Source: an uncultured virus (IMG/VR IMGVR_UViG_3300017917_003066)
Lineage: Duplodnaviria; Heunggongvirae; Uroviricota; Caudoviricetes
Virus record (IMG/VR): IMGVR_UViG_3300017917_003066
DNA: 64,000 bases
Strand: one strand, 5' to 3'
Part shown: piece after piece, positions 20,006-30,400 of the stretch
Layout of the letters: each line of letters opens with the position of its first letter
How positions within the stretch are numbered: position 1 is the first letter of the stretch
Notes under the pieces: model-generated
Seen by the model: the letters and a program-made list of their open reading frames with translations, nothing else
Database searches by the model: none
Told to the model about the DNA's origin: nothing
Position numbers and translations under genes: made by a program

Positions 20006-20509
20006 ATGAGATATCTAAAATCATATAAGTTATTTGAATCTAATAATGATGAAACAGGCAATGCTTCATTTGATTGGTTGAGAAAGAAAAACAACGAAGA
20101 TTATATTGAGTTGATGCATATCTTACAATCGGAAGTATTTGATGAGTTTAATATTATATCTAAATCGGATGAATCATTCGGAGATATCGATCCTTGGGAA
20201 GAAGGTTATCCTAATCATAGTTTCTGGGTATTTAGACCTGTAGCCAAAGGACATACATCAACAACAGATGATGATTTTTCTGATGTTAACTTAGTTGATA
20301 ATCATGAGGTAAAAGAAATGATAGTTTATAATATTGAAAATGAAGATAAAGAAAGGTTCTATAATCTACTTTTAGAAGTTAGAGATATAGTTAAATCTTA
20401 TCTTAATAAGGATATGGTGATATCAGAAGAACATCACGAAACATCTGGCAATTTTGACTATGTTATAAAGCTAGAAAATATTAAATCTCCTCAAACTCAT
20501 ACAACATAG
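20006..20509 (+). CDS. N-tagged hypothetical protein
   Basis: MRYLKSYKLFES; TAATATATA at 19993-20001. Confidence 0.8.
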   Translation: MRYLKSYKLFESNNDETGNASFDWLRKKNNEDYIELMHILQSEVFDEFNIISKSDESFGDIDPWEEGYPNHSFWVFRPVAKGHTSTTDDDFSDVNLVDNHEVKEMIVYNIENEDKERFYNLLLEVRDIVKSYLNKDMVISEEHHETSGNFDYVIKLENIKSPQTHTT

Positions 20510-20963
20510 TATCAATAATAATTTGATTATCTACGGCTCTTAATTTGTGAACATCTTCTATATTTTCACCTAAGTAGTCTTTTAATCTTAAAATAACTTC
20601 TTTTAATTCATCATCACCTTCATTCATTTTGTAACGAAGTCTATCAATTACAAAACGCCATTTTAATCTACGGATGCGATATTTCTTTTCTACTACTTGC
20701 ATAACAGATATATTACCTGTCATTCTTTGTAACCAATCATCTGTGTCATATGCACATTGGATATCATAGTTAGGTTTAACATGGTAACTGTTAGCATAAT
20801 AAAATTCGTTGAAGTTTATATCTGGTCTTTTAGAATCATAGTTAAAAGGTAAGTATTGAATATCATACTTTTTAGTATCTTCTAATTCAACAAAAATATC
20901 TTTTATTGTTTCTATATCTGGTAATTCATCAATTTGCTTACCCTCAAGCCATTTAGGAATCAT
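20481..20963 (-). CDS. untagged member of the KDI..EL.D paralog family
   Basis: IKDIFVELED...VILRLKDYLG; TATATTTG at 20985-20992. Confidence 0.7.
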   Translation of the reverse strand: MIPKWLEGKQIDELPDIETIKDIFVELEDTKKYDIQYLPFNYDSKRPDINFNEFYYANSYHVKPNYDIQCAYDTDDWLQRMTGNISVMQVVEKKYRIRRLKWRFVIDRLRYKMNEGDDELKEVILRLKDYLGENIEDVHKLRAVDNQIIIDTMLYEFEEI

Positions 20964-21009
20964 ACAATTAGTGATTTTAAAAAACAAATATAAGTATTAT
21001 TTTTAAAAT

Positions 21010-21037
21010 AAAAAAACCTCATCTTTAATGAGGTTTT
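21010..21037. terminator. intrinsic terminator
   Basis: A7-CCTCAT-cttta-ATGAGG-T4. Confidence 0.7.
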
Positions 21038-21040
21038 GTT

Positions 21041-21244
21041 TTAGACATCTCTGCCAAATATTTTCTTTTCTATATAATCATCGATTTCAGACTTTGTACC
21101 TTTTTTCAACTCAGAGTGAATTTTTTTAGTTATTTTCTTTAGTTCAGATATAGCCTTATTAAAATCCTTAAAAGATGGGCAATCTTCCAATGATTCTGGC
21201 TTCTCTTCTTTCTTTGCTTCGTTAAATCCTTTTAAGTGTTTCAT
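21041..21244 (-). CDS. small N-tagged protein
   Basis: MKHLKGFNE; TAATATATA upstream on the minus strand. Confidence 0.75.
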   Translation of the reverse strand: MKHLKGFNEAKKEEKPESLEDCPSFKDFNKAISELKKITKKIHSELKKGTKSEIDDYIEKKIFGRDV

Positions 21245-21298
21245 ATTTTAAGTAAATTTTAATTATATATTAATTAGTAAAATTATATCTTTGAAGAT

Positions 21299-21631
21299 AT
21301 GAAAAAACTATTATTAACAATTACATTACTATTACCTATTTTTGTTTTATCTAATCCAGTTGATAGTGTTATAAACAGTGAGTATTACTACTTAGAACCT
21401 ATTAGATATAAAATAAAAAATGAAAATATATCTACTGGTGCAACCGCTATTGTTAGTGGTTTAATACTAACTAGTATAGGTATAGTTAAAGAAGTTACTA
21501 GAACTCCTTATCCAACACATCCAAATGATATTGACTACAAACCAAATGCGCCCGCCGTTTTAAACTATTTGTTAATAGGTTCTGGATTAGGAATAACAGG
21601 TTATGGTTTTAAAATGATATTTACTTTTTAA
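21299..21631 (+). CDS. membrane protein with signal peptide
   Basis: signal peptide plus two TM segments; TATCTTTG at 21286-21293. Confidence 0.7.
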   Translation: MKKLLLTITLLLPIFVLSNPVDSVINSEYYYLEPIRYKIKNENISTGATAIVSGLILTSIGIVKEVTRTPYPTHPNDIDYKPNAPAVLNYLLIGSGLGITGYGFKMIFTF

Positions 21632-22232
21632 ATACAACCACATCATCTATTTGCTGTGGTTTTAATTTATTAAAACTTTCTATTAAATCAGTATCGCCAT
21701 ATGTTAGAACTTGAAAGTGATTCAAACCGATTATTATAGCTCCTTCTGAAGCTTCATTAATAACTTTTGAGTAGAACTTAATTGCTTTATCTGACACTTT
21801 GAATGGTTGATAAAAATAGATAAAGTTCCATTTAGAGTAATCATGATTCATAATATCATCATGAATTAAATTCAATTCACCATTCCAGTATTGCATAAGT
21901 TCTTTATTAATAAATTGAACATATCTATCATGCTTTTCAATACCTGTAAATGTAAATGATTTGTTATCAAATTCTTTTGATTGTAAATAAATATCAAATA
22001 GAATAGTTGCTAAACCAACGCCACAATCAACTATATTTACTTCATCTGGAAGTAGTCCTTTTTCTTCAAGTCTTTTTAATAAAAAGATGTTAGTTTCTAA
22101 GTCAGCTTGAACATAATGCCACTCCCCTGCTGAAAAAAAATCTTCTAAATTAGAATTTAGGTTTGGTAGAATATTATAAGCTTTTTCTAAATATTCAATT
22201 AGTAAAGGATTTGGCTCTATAATCTCTGTCAT
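21621..22232 (-). CDS. class I SAM-dependent methyltransferase
   Basis: IVDCGVGLA motif I, TGIE, DDIMNHDYS, IYFYQPF. Confidence 0.75.
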   Translation of the reverse strand: MTEIIEPNPLLIEYLEKAYNILPNLNSNLEDFFSAGEWHYVQADLETNIFLLKRLEEKGLLPDEVNIVDCGVGLATILFDIYLQSKEFDNKSFTFTGIEKHDRYVQFINKELMQYWNGELNLIHDDIMNHDYSKWNFIYFYQPFKVSDKAIKFYSKVINEASEGAIIIGLNHFQVLTYGDTDLIESFNKLKPQQIDDVVVFKK

Positions 22233-22391
22233 TATAAAAGTCCTTTTTTATTTAAAATAAATACAGTTATAACACTAACTACAATACTAATTGGTAACAT
22301 CCACCACATATGAATATCCATTAGTTCTACACATTCAAATATAAATTCTCTCATAATTTATATATCAATTAATTACGAATTAGTTTAATAT

Positions 22392-22640
22392 TTATGGAAT
22401 TATACCAGACGGCTTCCAATTTGATGTGTCTAGTATAGACATCATTTCATTGTATGTGTATGGTCCTTCTTTAGTAGTTAGATTTGAAATACAAGATGGA
22501 GTTGCACCAATCCACTTAACAAATGTTTTTATACCATCTGTTGATATTCTAAGTGTACTTGAATCTGTTTCCATAACCTCATTAAAATCTATTTGATTAA
22601 GTTCTGAAACATTAAAAATTATGAATCCTTTATCTTCCAT
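22392..22640 (-). CDS. small hypothetical phage protein
   Basis: 82-aa ORF downstream of the LamG gene. Confidence 0.7.
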   Translation of the reverse strand: MEDKGFIIFNVSELNQIDFNEVMETDSSTLRISTDGIKTFVKWIGATPSCISNLTTKEGPYTYNEMMSILDTSNWKPSGIIP

Positions 22641-22657
22641 TTATATTATTATTTATT

Positions 22658-23638
22658 TTATAATCCAAATCTGCTCTTTTGAGCATTAAAATTTTGTAAA
22701 ACCTCAGTAGCACTTAATGCTCTACTGTATGCTTGTATAATTGCCATTCTACCAAACCAGTATTCTCCGGTATAACCATAACCAATAGTTATATCAGCAG
22801 TAGTACTAGCAAGAGGACCCCAATTGTTTCCCTGTGTTGAATTTAAAGATCCATTCATATACCAGTTAACAGTTGAAGTGTCTCTTGTTATACACATATG
22901 TGTCCAAGCATTTTTAGGCACATTACTAGAGCCTAGAGCGGTGTATGGATTATTATTAGAACCAGCATTACCATAGTAATAATTAATACTACCACCTTGT
23001 TCATGTGTCCAAGTTCCGTATCCACCATAAGCTTGATTCCAAGGATTTCTTCTTCCTGTAGAAATATTGTGATACATCCATATTATGATTGTTTGGCCAG
23101 TTGACCAACTAGCCATATTTGAGGAGTTGTAGGATATTTGACAATAGTCATCAGCACCATCAAAGTCCATCCAACCACCGCTATTATAAGCTAGACCATT
23201 TTTCATTGTGGCGTTGTTTCCACCACCTGATATATCATACCATGTAGTACCTGTTGTTGGATAACTTGGTATAAATCCAGCATCTAAATTTAAAATTAAC
23301 CCATCAGTAACTATAGGTTCATAATCTCTATTGAGAACTACTGTATTACTCTGAGTTGCATACCAACCTAATGATTGTGCTGCTGTTGTAAAACTAGTAC
23401 CATTAATTCTATTAGTTAGTGATACTAATTCAGAATCATTACCAGCAACATAAATAGAAGGACCATTTGCACCCTTATACCCATAGATAGTATATCCTCC
23501 GCTTGGTGGTGTAATTCCGTTCCAATAATCAGTTAATGTAGTTGGACCTTTTACATCATCACCAGTTCCTATAAAATAGTTTCCTTTCTTTAAGGCTTTT
23601 GATTGATTAGATGTTGAGTACTTAATAGGATTGGGCAT
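22658..23638 (-). CDS. LamG/concanavalin A-like domain virion protein
   Basis: IVTDGLILNLDAG...WYDISG, FDGADDY, YSRALSATEVLQNFNAQKSRFGL. Confidence 0.8.
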   Translation of the reverse strand: MPNPIKYSTSNQSKALKKGNYFIGTGDDVKGPTTLTDYWNGITPPSGGYTIYGYKGANGPSIYVAGNDSELVSLTNRINGTSFTTAAQSLGWYATQSNTVVLNRDYEPIVTDGLILNLDAGFIPSYPTTGTTWYDISGGGNNATMKNGLAYNSGGWMDFDGADDYCQISYNSSNMASWSTGQTIIIWMYHNISTGRRNPWNQAYGGYGTWTHEQGGSINYYYGNAGSNNNPYTALGSSNVPKNAWTHMCITRDTSTVNWYMNGSLNSTQGNNWGPLASTTADITIGYGYTGEYWFGRMAIIQAYSRALSATEVLQNFNAQKSRFGL

Positions 23639-23793
23639 TTTATTTTTTTATTTATTTGATTATATATATTAATATATAATAATGTATGAGTAACAAAGAA
23701 GATAGAATTGTAAAATTATTAGTGTTAGCATGGTTTGTAGTTATACTAGTTGTTGCTTATTTATTTGCGTAATGTATATTTTATATATACTTT

Positions 23794-25152
23794 ATGAGGT
23801 ATCTTAAAAATTTCAACGAGGCTACTTACGAAGAATTGAATGAAAATCTATCTGAAGAGATTCAATGGATTGATGATGCTGTTATTGAATTATCCGATAT
23901 GGGTTACAATATTAGTATTACACCATTTGAGGTTAAATCAATTAGTAAACCAGGTTTAACAATTCGTATTGGTAGTACAAATGATGGTAAACTCCTACCA
24001 ATTTATATAGGTGAGTATTTATTAACCATAGACTCTTATTTGAAAGAGAGAGGATTTGTTGGATTTAGACCATATGATTATGATAACCCTTACTCACCAA
24101 GTCGTCATGATGTAAAGGTAAATGCTCTTCTTAAAGGTGTTAAAAACGAGTATGAAAATGAGTTATCTCAATTTGTAGATATGTTAAAAAGATTTACAGT
24201 AAATGCTCCTTTTGATAGTATTAGTGTCTCTTATTATAAACATGAACAAACTAATGAAAGGTTAAAATTATTTAAGACATTTAAAACATTAGAATCTAAA
24301 TTAACAGGTGAGATGTCAGAAGATATTAAAGATATTTTATTAGAGTTACATGACGAAGGTTTCTTCATTTCTAAAGATGTTACTGATGTTAGAAAAGTAG
24401 GTAATAAATTATGTGAAGATGTGATTGAAATTGTGATTGATAAAGACTCAAAAGAAAGTTTTAGTTTTACGGATATTGAAGATTATATTAGAAGACTAAT
24501 AGATTATATGTCTGAATACAAATTCAACTATTCACTATTTTACTTTGGAGTTTATAGTTTTATTGAATTTGAATGTGGTGGTCAACATCCACTTATATCA
24601 GATAAAAAATTACCAACTGAAGCTGAAAATATTTTACATAAGTCTTTATTAGATAAAACATTAAAAGATATCTCAGCATTCAAAATTGTTTTCTATCAAA
24701 ATATAGATCATATAATAAAAGAATCATCCGAAGTCTTAACACCTCAAGCTGTGAAAGATATTTTACTTTCAATCTATGAAGAGGAATTTGATTCATATAG
24801 ATTTAGATTTTTTGATAGACCTAAATCAGAAGGATATGAAATAGATTTCGTACCAGAGGATAGAATTGTTTACTTTAATATTGAACAAGATGATGTTAAT
24901 AAATCTGGTAGTGTCAAAATATCAACATTAACTAAAACAATATTTTTAGGCAATGATAATATACTATCAGGTTGGAATGATGAAAAAATAGAAGAGTTTG
25001 AAAGTATATTATCTGATTACGGTTATCATCTTTTATCACCACCTAAAAACAGACCAACTAGTGCTTGTTATGTTTTACATCCAAGTGCTGAAGGCACACG
25101 TTTAGTTATGAATACTATGAGAGAAAGTAGATACTCTGTTATTCCAAATTAA
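23794..25152 (+). CDS. N-tagged protein with three tandem paralog domains
   Basis: MRYLKNFNE; IDDAVIELSDMG, IKDILLELHDEG, VKDILLSIYEE; internal tag-like KLFKTFKTLES. Confidence 0.8.
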   Translation: MRYLKNFNEATYEELNENLSEEIQWIDDAVIELSDMGYNISITPFEVKSISKPGLTIRIGSTNDGKLLPIYIGEYLLTIDSYLKERGFVGFRPYDYDNPYSPSRHDVKVNALLKGVKNEYENELSQFVDMLKRFTVNAPFDSISVSYYKHEQTNERLKLFKTFKTLESKLTGEMSEDIKDILLELHDEGFFISKDVTDVRKVGNKLCEDVIEIVIDKDSKESFSFTDIEDYIRRLIDYMSEYKFNYSLFYFGVYSFIEFECGGQHPLISDKKLPTEAENILHKSLLDKTLKDISAFKIVFYQNIDHIIKESSEVLTPQAVKDILLSIYEEEFDSYRFRFFDRPKSEGYEIDFVPEDRIVYFNIEQDDVNKSGSVKISTLTKTIFLGNDNILSGWNDEKIEEFESILSDYGYHLLSPPKNRPTSACYVLHPSAEGTRLVMNTMRESRYSVIPN

Positions 25153-25163
25153 TAAATACATTG

Positions 25164-26357
25164 ATGAAATATTTAAAGTCATATAAAATGTTTGAGTCTA
25201 GATTTTTAGAATTTAGAGAAGTTGTTTCAACAATAAAAGATATTTGTCAAGAGTTTGAAGATAACAATTGTCATTGTGATATAGAACCTAAAGATGATAT
25301 TCAGTTGAATTTAGTTTCATTAAAATCAAGAGGTCATATTAGTAGTATTAAACAAAAGTTTTATCTTGATATTGATATTGATAGAAGAATATGTTTTGAT
25401 GATAAAAGAAGTGGTTTAGGTCCATTTCCTGAATGGTTCATTGAAACCTGTAAAAGAATAGAGGACTATATGTCTGATAATGGATTCAAAACTCTGCCAT
25501 CAGTTAAATACCCTAGTGATTGGGAAAACTTTGAATCAGTGGATGAATTAAATTATGCTATTGGTTTAATAAATCAAGTAAGATTGGATTTTATCCCAAC
25601 TGCTAAACCTTTAGATGAAAATCTTTCATATAATGCTGATTGGAAAAAACATGATAGTTCTATTAGAAGTGAGTTAGAAAAAGATTTAAATGATATTCTT
25701 TTAGAGATTAAAGATTTAGGATTTCATTCACATATATCTGGTTGGACTGACGGTAATAGTCATCCTTATGTTTGGATTAGATCTAGTTCTAAAACACCTA
25801 CTCCAATGATTGAGCATACACGAGATGTTGTTGAAAGAATTAAAGATTACTTATCACAAAAAGGATATCAAACAAAGGTTGATACTTTAAATGATAATAA
25901 ATCTTCTATGCAGATTTATATTTACTTTGATATAGAACATTTAAGAGAATCTAAAGAAGATTTAGATTATAATCTCATTGAAGATGTAAAAGATATCTTA
26001 CTTCCTTTTTCTGATATGGGTATGAAAGTTAGTTGTGATTATACTAGTAAAGGTGATAGTATTGCACTTAATGTAATGACATCAAAAGAAAAGGCATTTG
26101 ATATTAATGATTATAAAGATGATATTGATAGACTTCTATCTTATATGAAAGATAATGAATGGGGTATTTGGGACTTCAAAGTGGGTGCAGTTGAAAAGAA
26201 AGAAGATTGGTCAGGTACTCAACTATTGGCAAGAAATCAAGATATTTTATCTTATAAAAATGGTCCTCTTCAATATGATAAAGTTAAGAATCCTGTATTT
26301 TGGATAACTGCTGAGTTTGTAAAGATTGTTTATACAAAAGTAAAAAGTGTTAAATAA
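25164..26357 (+). CDS. N-tagged protein with three tandem paralog domains
   Basis: MKYLKSYKMFES; IKDICQEFEDN, LNDILLEIKDLG, VKDILLPFSDMG. Confidence 0.8.
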   Translation: MKYLKSYKMFESRFLEFREVVSTIKDICQEFEDNNCHCDIEPKDDIQLNLVSLKSRGHISSIKQKFYLDIDIDRRICFDDKRSGLGPFPEWFIETCKRIEDYMSDNGFKTLPSVKYPSDWENFESVDELNYAIGLINQVRLDFIPTAKPLDENLSYNADWKKHDSSIRSELEKDLNDILLEIKDLGFHSHISGWTDGNSHPYVWIRSSSKTPTPMIEHTRDVVERIKDYLSQKGYQTKVDTLNDNKSSMQIYIYFDIEHLRESKEDLDYNLIEDVKDILLPFSDMGMKVSCDYTSKGDSIALNVMTSKEKAFDINDYKDDIDRLLSYMKDNEWGIWDFKVGAVEKKEDWSGTQLLARNQDILSYKNGPLQYDKVKNPVFWITAEFVKIVYTKVKSVK

Positions 26358-26758
26358 TGAAATATCTAAAATCATATAAATTATTTGAAACTAAACACGA
26401 AGAAATAATGAATATACATTATGGTGTTAATGTTATTAATGAATGTGATTCAATTATTGAAGACATTAAAGATATGTTATTAGAATTAACAGATGCTGGA
26501 CTTTTCACATCAGTTGGTTATACACCAATGACATTAGCTTATCAAGAAAAAACACCTAAGATGGTGGTTGAGATATCAACTTATGTTGGAACTTGGGGTG
26601 GTGGTAAATTCCTAAAAGGTGATACTGACTATACAAATGAAGTTAGAGAAACCATTGAAAGAATAAAAGAGTATGTTAAGTCAATAGGTTACCTTACAGG
26701 TGATGGTGAGTGGGAAAGCAACCATAGACAAGTTTATCAAATTTTAATACAAAAGTGA
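26357..26758 (+). CDS. N-tagged paralog-family protein
   Basis: MKYLKSYKLFET; IKDMLLELTDAG; ERIKEYVKSIGY. Confidence 0.8.
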   Translation: MKYLKSYKLFETKHEEIMNIHYGVNVINECDSIIEDIKDMLLELTDAGLFTSVGYTPMTLAYQEKTPKMVVEISTYVGTWGGGKFLKGDTDYTNEVRETIERIKEYVKSIGYLTGDGEWESNHRQVYQILIQK

Positions 26759-26811
26759 TTTTTTCACTTTTTATTTATAATATATAAATTAATAAAAAAA
26801 AATTATTTGAC

Positions 26812-27354
26812 ATGAAGTACGTTAAAACATTTGAAAACTTTTCACATGATATGGATGCCCAAGATCAAGGTGAAAAAGATATGGAAGTAAGTGTAGAATC
26901 TCCTGAGGTTCAAAAAGCATTAGCTAACATAGCTGAAGAAGAAGGATTAGATCCTGAAGAAGTTATTGATAATGCAAAAGAAATAGCAAGTGAAGAAAAA
27001 AGAACTAATGAAGAAGAAGAACCATTTAGTCTTTCTCTTATCGCAGCAGGTATTGCTGGTATGGTAGCTCTTTTTGGTGCTTCTTTTGGTTCTATGAAAT
27101 TATCTCAAAATAGCAGTCTTAAAAGATATGTTCAGTTCAAAGCTGAGCAAGAGGTTAAAGATGCTATTCAAAAAGATCCTTCACTTATTAATAAAGGATA
27201 TGAAAGTTTAGTAAAGACAGCATATGCTAAAATGATGGGTGATAAAGAATTCATTGAAAAGGCTAAACAATTAGGTGGTGGGTGGCCTTCACACACTGTT
27301 CAAGGTCTTGACAAACGTTACAGATCGTTTAGTCCAACTGCAGGTCAACTTTAA
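26812..27354 (+). CDS. N-tagged protein with acidic pro-region and TM segment
   Basis: MKYVKTFENF; TNEEEE followed by LIAAGIAGMVALFGA. Confidence 0.8.
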   Translation: MKYVKTFENFSHDMDAQDQGEKDMEVSVESPEVQKALANIAEEEGLDPEEVIDNAKEIASEEKRTNEEEEPFSLSLIAAGIAGMVALFGASFGSMKLSQNSSLKRYVQFKAEQEVKDAIQKDPSLINKGYESLVKTAYAKMMGDKEFIEKAKQLGGGWPSHTVQGLDKRYRSFSPTAGQL

Positions 27355-27377
27355 TTTTTTTAATAATGATATAAAAC

Positions 27378-27409
27378 AAAAAAAGAGTCTCTTTGAGACT
27401 CTTTTTTTT
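27378..27409. terminator. bidirectional intrinsic terminator
   Basis: A7-GAGTCTC-ttt-GAGACTC-T8. Confidence 0.85.
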
Positions 27410-27410
27410 A

Positions 27411-27737
27411 TTACATATTTTTTGTCATATGTTCGATGATAAACTTAAATCGTAAAGAAGATTTTACCTTTTTAGTAATCATAAACCCAAAGCCAACAGT
27501 AATCAAACCGAAGTAGATAAAAGATAAAGCAGTTGGGTAAACACTGGTACCAAAAACAGAAGCAGCAAAAACTAATGCAAAATAAGGCATTGTAGATTTA
27601 ACAGATTTGTCAATATTAGATTTGACATCTGATAACTCATCAATCAAAGATCTTTTTTCAAAAACATTCAAAGATTTGAAGTATTCGATTAAGTCCATTC
27701 CTGATGGCTTCTTTAATAAAATTGATTCTGCTTCCAT
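27411..27737 (-). CDS. two-TM membrane protein
   Basis: 108 aa with a hydrophobic hairpin. Confidence 0.7.
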   Translation of the reverse strand: MEAESILLKKPSGMDLIEYFKSLNVFEKRSLIDELSDVKSNIDKSVKSTMPYFALVFAASVFGTSVYPTALSFIYFGLITVGFGFMITKKVKSSLRFKFIIEHMTKNM

Positions 27738-27832
27738 AGTGATTTAATTTTTTTAATTATTTATATAAATATAAGGATTTTTTTCTAACTACCAAATTTA
27801 TTATCAATTTAATTTTCAATATATACATTATT

Positions 27833-28255
27833 ATGAGACATTTAAAGTATTTTAGATTATTTGAATCTAACAAAGAAATATTAAATAATATTGAAGATAT
27901 ATTTCTTGAAATAGAAGATCTTGGATTTAAAATTAGTTCTTATAAAAATATTGATGGTTCAGATGAGAGAATGGAGTCAGATGATGAGTTGATGAGAATA
28001 TACATTGAAAAGTTTGATATTTATGGATTTAGTGATGAACCAAGAGATGTTAAGTATTATCCAACTCAAGAGTTTATAGATGCTCTATTACACTTAATTT
28101 CATATGTGAATGAGTGTGACTTTGAATATAGAATTGAAATACATGATAATGGTGAGGTTGTTGATACTATTTCAACAGATGAAGAAGTAGAAGGTTTAAT
28201 TAAATTTAACTCACCTATAGATTATCTTAAAATAATAATTAGTTATAAAGATTAA
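27833..28255 (+). CDS. N-tagged paralog-family protein
   Basis: MRHLKYFRLFES; IEDIFLEIEDLG. Confidence 0.8.
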   Translation: MRHLKYFRLFESNKEILNNIEDIFLEIEDLGFKISSYKNIDGSDERMESDDELMRIYIEKFDIYGFSDEPRDVKYYPTQEFIDALLHLISYVNECDFEYRIEIHDNGEVVDTISTDEEVEGLIKFNSPIDYLKIIISYKD

Positions 28256-28271
28256 AAAAATAAATTAAAAT

Positions 28272-29237
28272 ATGAGTAAAGTTAGAATATTATCAATAGA
28301 TGGTGGTGGATTAAGAGGAATTGTTCCACTACTTATACTTAAAGAAATTGAGAAACAACAAGGTAAAAAAATACATGAACTATTCGATGTTATAGTTGGT
28401 ACATCAACTGGTGGTATAATCGCTTGTGGTTTAACTTGTACTAAAGACGGTGTTAACCCTTGTTTAAATATCGATCAATTAATTGAGCTTTATACAACTA
28501 AAGGTGATACTATATTTCCATATAAAAAGAATATTTTTGGTAAGATTATATCAGGTGTTAACTCTGTTTTTAATCCAAAGTTTTCTCCAAAAGGTTTAAA
28601 TGGTTTATTAGAAAACTATTTTGGTGATATGATGTTATCAAAAACATTAAAACCTATTATTGTAAGCTCTTATGATTTGAAAAACAATGAAGTTGTTATG
28701 TTCAAAACTAGAACAGCTAAATGGTCTAAAGAAAGATTTGATGCTAGACTAAAAGACGTTTGTAGAGCAACTTCAGCAGCACCTACATACTTACCTTCTT
28801 ATGAAATGACATTTGATGGTAAAGATAGGATATTGGTTGACGGTGGTGTTTATATTAACAATCCAGCCATGGCGGCAGTTGCTGATATTTTGAAATCTAG
28901 AAAAGGTATTAAGTTAGAAGATATAGAATGTTTATCTTTAGGTACTGGTTCTTATTCAGAAAGTCTTGGTATTAAAACTGAAAGTTGGGGTATTGCTAAT
29001 TGGGCACAACCTATAACAACTGTAATGATGCAGGCTTCTTCTAAAGCGGTTGTTTATGAGTGTGAACAAATATTAGAAAAGTATTTAAGAATTCAACTAG
29101 AGATTGATGATGAAAAGAAAAGTGATATGTCTGATTCAAGACCTGAGACAACTCAGTATATTATTGATAAAGTAAATACTGAAATTATAGGAAACAAGAA
29201 AACTATGAGTGGTATTAAATCATTCTTTAAGAATTAA
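28272..29237 (+). CDS. patatin-like phospholipase
   Basis: DGGGLRG, GTSTG, SAAPTY, DGG, SLGTG motifs. Confidence 0.92.
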   Translation: MSKVRILSIDGGGLRGIVPLLILKEIEKQQGKKIHELFDVIVGTSTGGIIACGLTCTKDGVNPCLNIDQLIELYTTKGDTIFPYKKNIFGKIISGVNSVFNPKFSPKGLNGLLENYFGDMMLSKTLKPIIVSSYDLKNNEVVMFKTRTAKWSKERFDARLKDVCRATSAAPTYLPSYEMTFDGKDRILVDGGVYINNPAMAAVADILKSRKGIKLEDIECLSLGTGSYSESLGIKTESWGIANWAQPITTVMMQASSKAVVYECEQILEKYLRIQLEIDDEKKSDMSDSRPETTQYIIDKVNTEIIGNKKTMSGIKSFFKN

Positions 29238-29446
29238 ATTCCTAACTTTTTTAGTTTCAATTCTCTTTCATAAACATTTTTACAAGATTTACATTTGGTG
29301 GGTTTTCCAGTAAACCCACCATTTTCTAATTCTAAGGAACATTCACAATCTTGACAGACCTCACCAACACTAATAGAGAACATTAGGTCAACATCTATAA
29401 ATGGTTTTTGTTTTTTCTTAAATAAAGATTTTATATAGGAAATCAT
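29234..29446 (-). CDS. zinc-finger-like small protein with C-terminal tag
   Basis: CQDC...CKSC; ends RELKLKKLGI. Confidence 0.7.
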   Translation of the reverse strand: MISYIKSLFKKKQKPFIDVDLMFSISVGEVCQDCECSLELENGGFTGKPTKCKSCKNVYERELKLKKLGI

Positions 29447-29817
29447 TCTTCTAGTAAAAAATTTAATTTAATATTTCTTAAAAAAACCTTTACCTTTTCT
29501 TTATTAACTCTTATAGCACCACCTGGAACAACATCGTGATGTGGTAGAGCGTATGTTAAACCACCACCATGTTCCTTGTAAGTATACCAAAAGTAATCAG
29601 CCTCAGGTTCTTTAATTAAAACATCTAATATATCAGATAGTGATTCACCTTCAACATAATTTCTCATATTAGTAAATCTATCTTCTCTTAAATATGGACC
29701 GACTTTAGGGTTATTACTTTTTAATAACCACTCAGTAAAGTCCTCACTAAAACAATCTCTTAGTTCTTTTAATTCTTCTATAATCATAATAACTTGTTTA
29801 ATTGTTGTTCTCTCCAA
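29443..29817 (-). CDS. hypothetical protein with C-terminal tag
   Basis: ends RNIKLNFLLEE. Confidence 0.7.
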   Translation of the reverse strand: MERTTIKQVIMIIEELKELRDCFSEDFTEWLLKSNNPKVGPYLREDRFTNMRNYVEGESLSDILDVLIKEPEADYFWYTYKEHGGGLTYALPHHDVVPGGAIRVNKEKVKVFLRNIKLNFLLEE

Positions 29818-30053
29818 ACATCTAAAGTAACAAAGTAGTGAGCTGGGTAAGTTATCGATTCTTCTTCGTTGTCTTTTACTAAAGTATAAAAACTAGCCTT
29901 ACCAAGTGAGAATATACCATCAGGTTCAGTCTCATATATTTGACCTATGGTTATTGGTAATCTTTTATGTCTAGGCTTACCATTTGAATCTTTGCCAAGT
30001 TCGATGTTATTAATACAAACTAGTTTCGTAATATTGCAATATATAATTACCAT
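29784..30053 (-). CDS. MKV.C-like protein with C-terminal tag
   Basis: KLVCINN...ITIGQIYE; ends WREQQLNKLL. Confidence 0.7.
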   Translation of the reverse strand: MVIIYCNITKLVCINNIELGKDSNGKPRHKRLPITIGQIYETEPDGIFSLGKASFYTLVKDNEEESITYPAHYFVTLDVWREQQLNKLL

Positions 30054-30400
30054 TTTCCTTCTTTTAATAGTTGTTCTCTTGGTTCTAACTCTTCACCATA
30101 ATGTACCCAATGATTCCAATTCTTTCTTAGCTTATCAGAATCATAGTGTAGAGCCGAACCACCATGTCTTGTAACATAAGACATAATAGACTCCGACCAA
30201 ATAGAAAAATGATTGTATTCATTTTCTCCACAACCACAACCGGTTGAACGACCATTATTAAATTCCCAAACAAGTGGTCTTAAATTACAGTTAGGACAAA
30301 TTAACCACTTATCAACATCTTTAGGAATTTGATAAGCTGATATGCATTTATATTTTCCAGAAATAATATCTAGTTTAATATCTCTTTCTAATTGTATCAC
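30047..30400 (-). CDS. zinc-binding hypothetical protein with tag-like N-terminus
   Basis: ERDIKLDII near start; CPNC, CGCG. Confidence 0.75.
   Translation of the reverse strand: MIQLERDIKLDIISGKYKCISAYQIPKDVDKWLICPNCNLRPLVWEFNNGRSTGCGCGENEYNHFSIWSESIMSYVTRHGGSALHYDSDKLRKNWNHWVHYGEELEPREQLLKEGKW

Noticed and set aside
28272..29237. Patatin as part of a complete CBASS operon
   Set aside because: No CD-NTase or Cap2/Cap3-like neighbours are recognisable.
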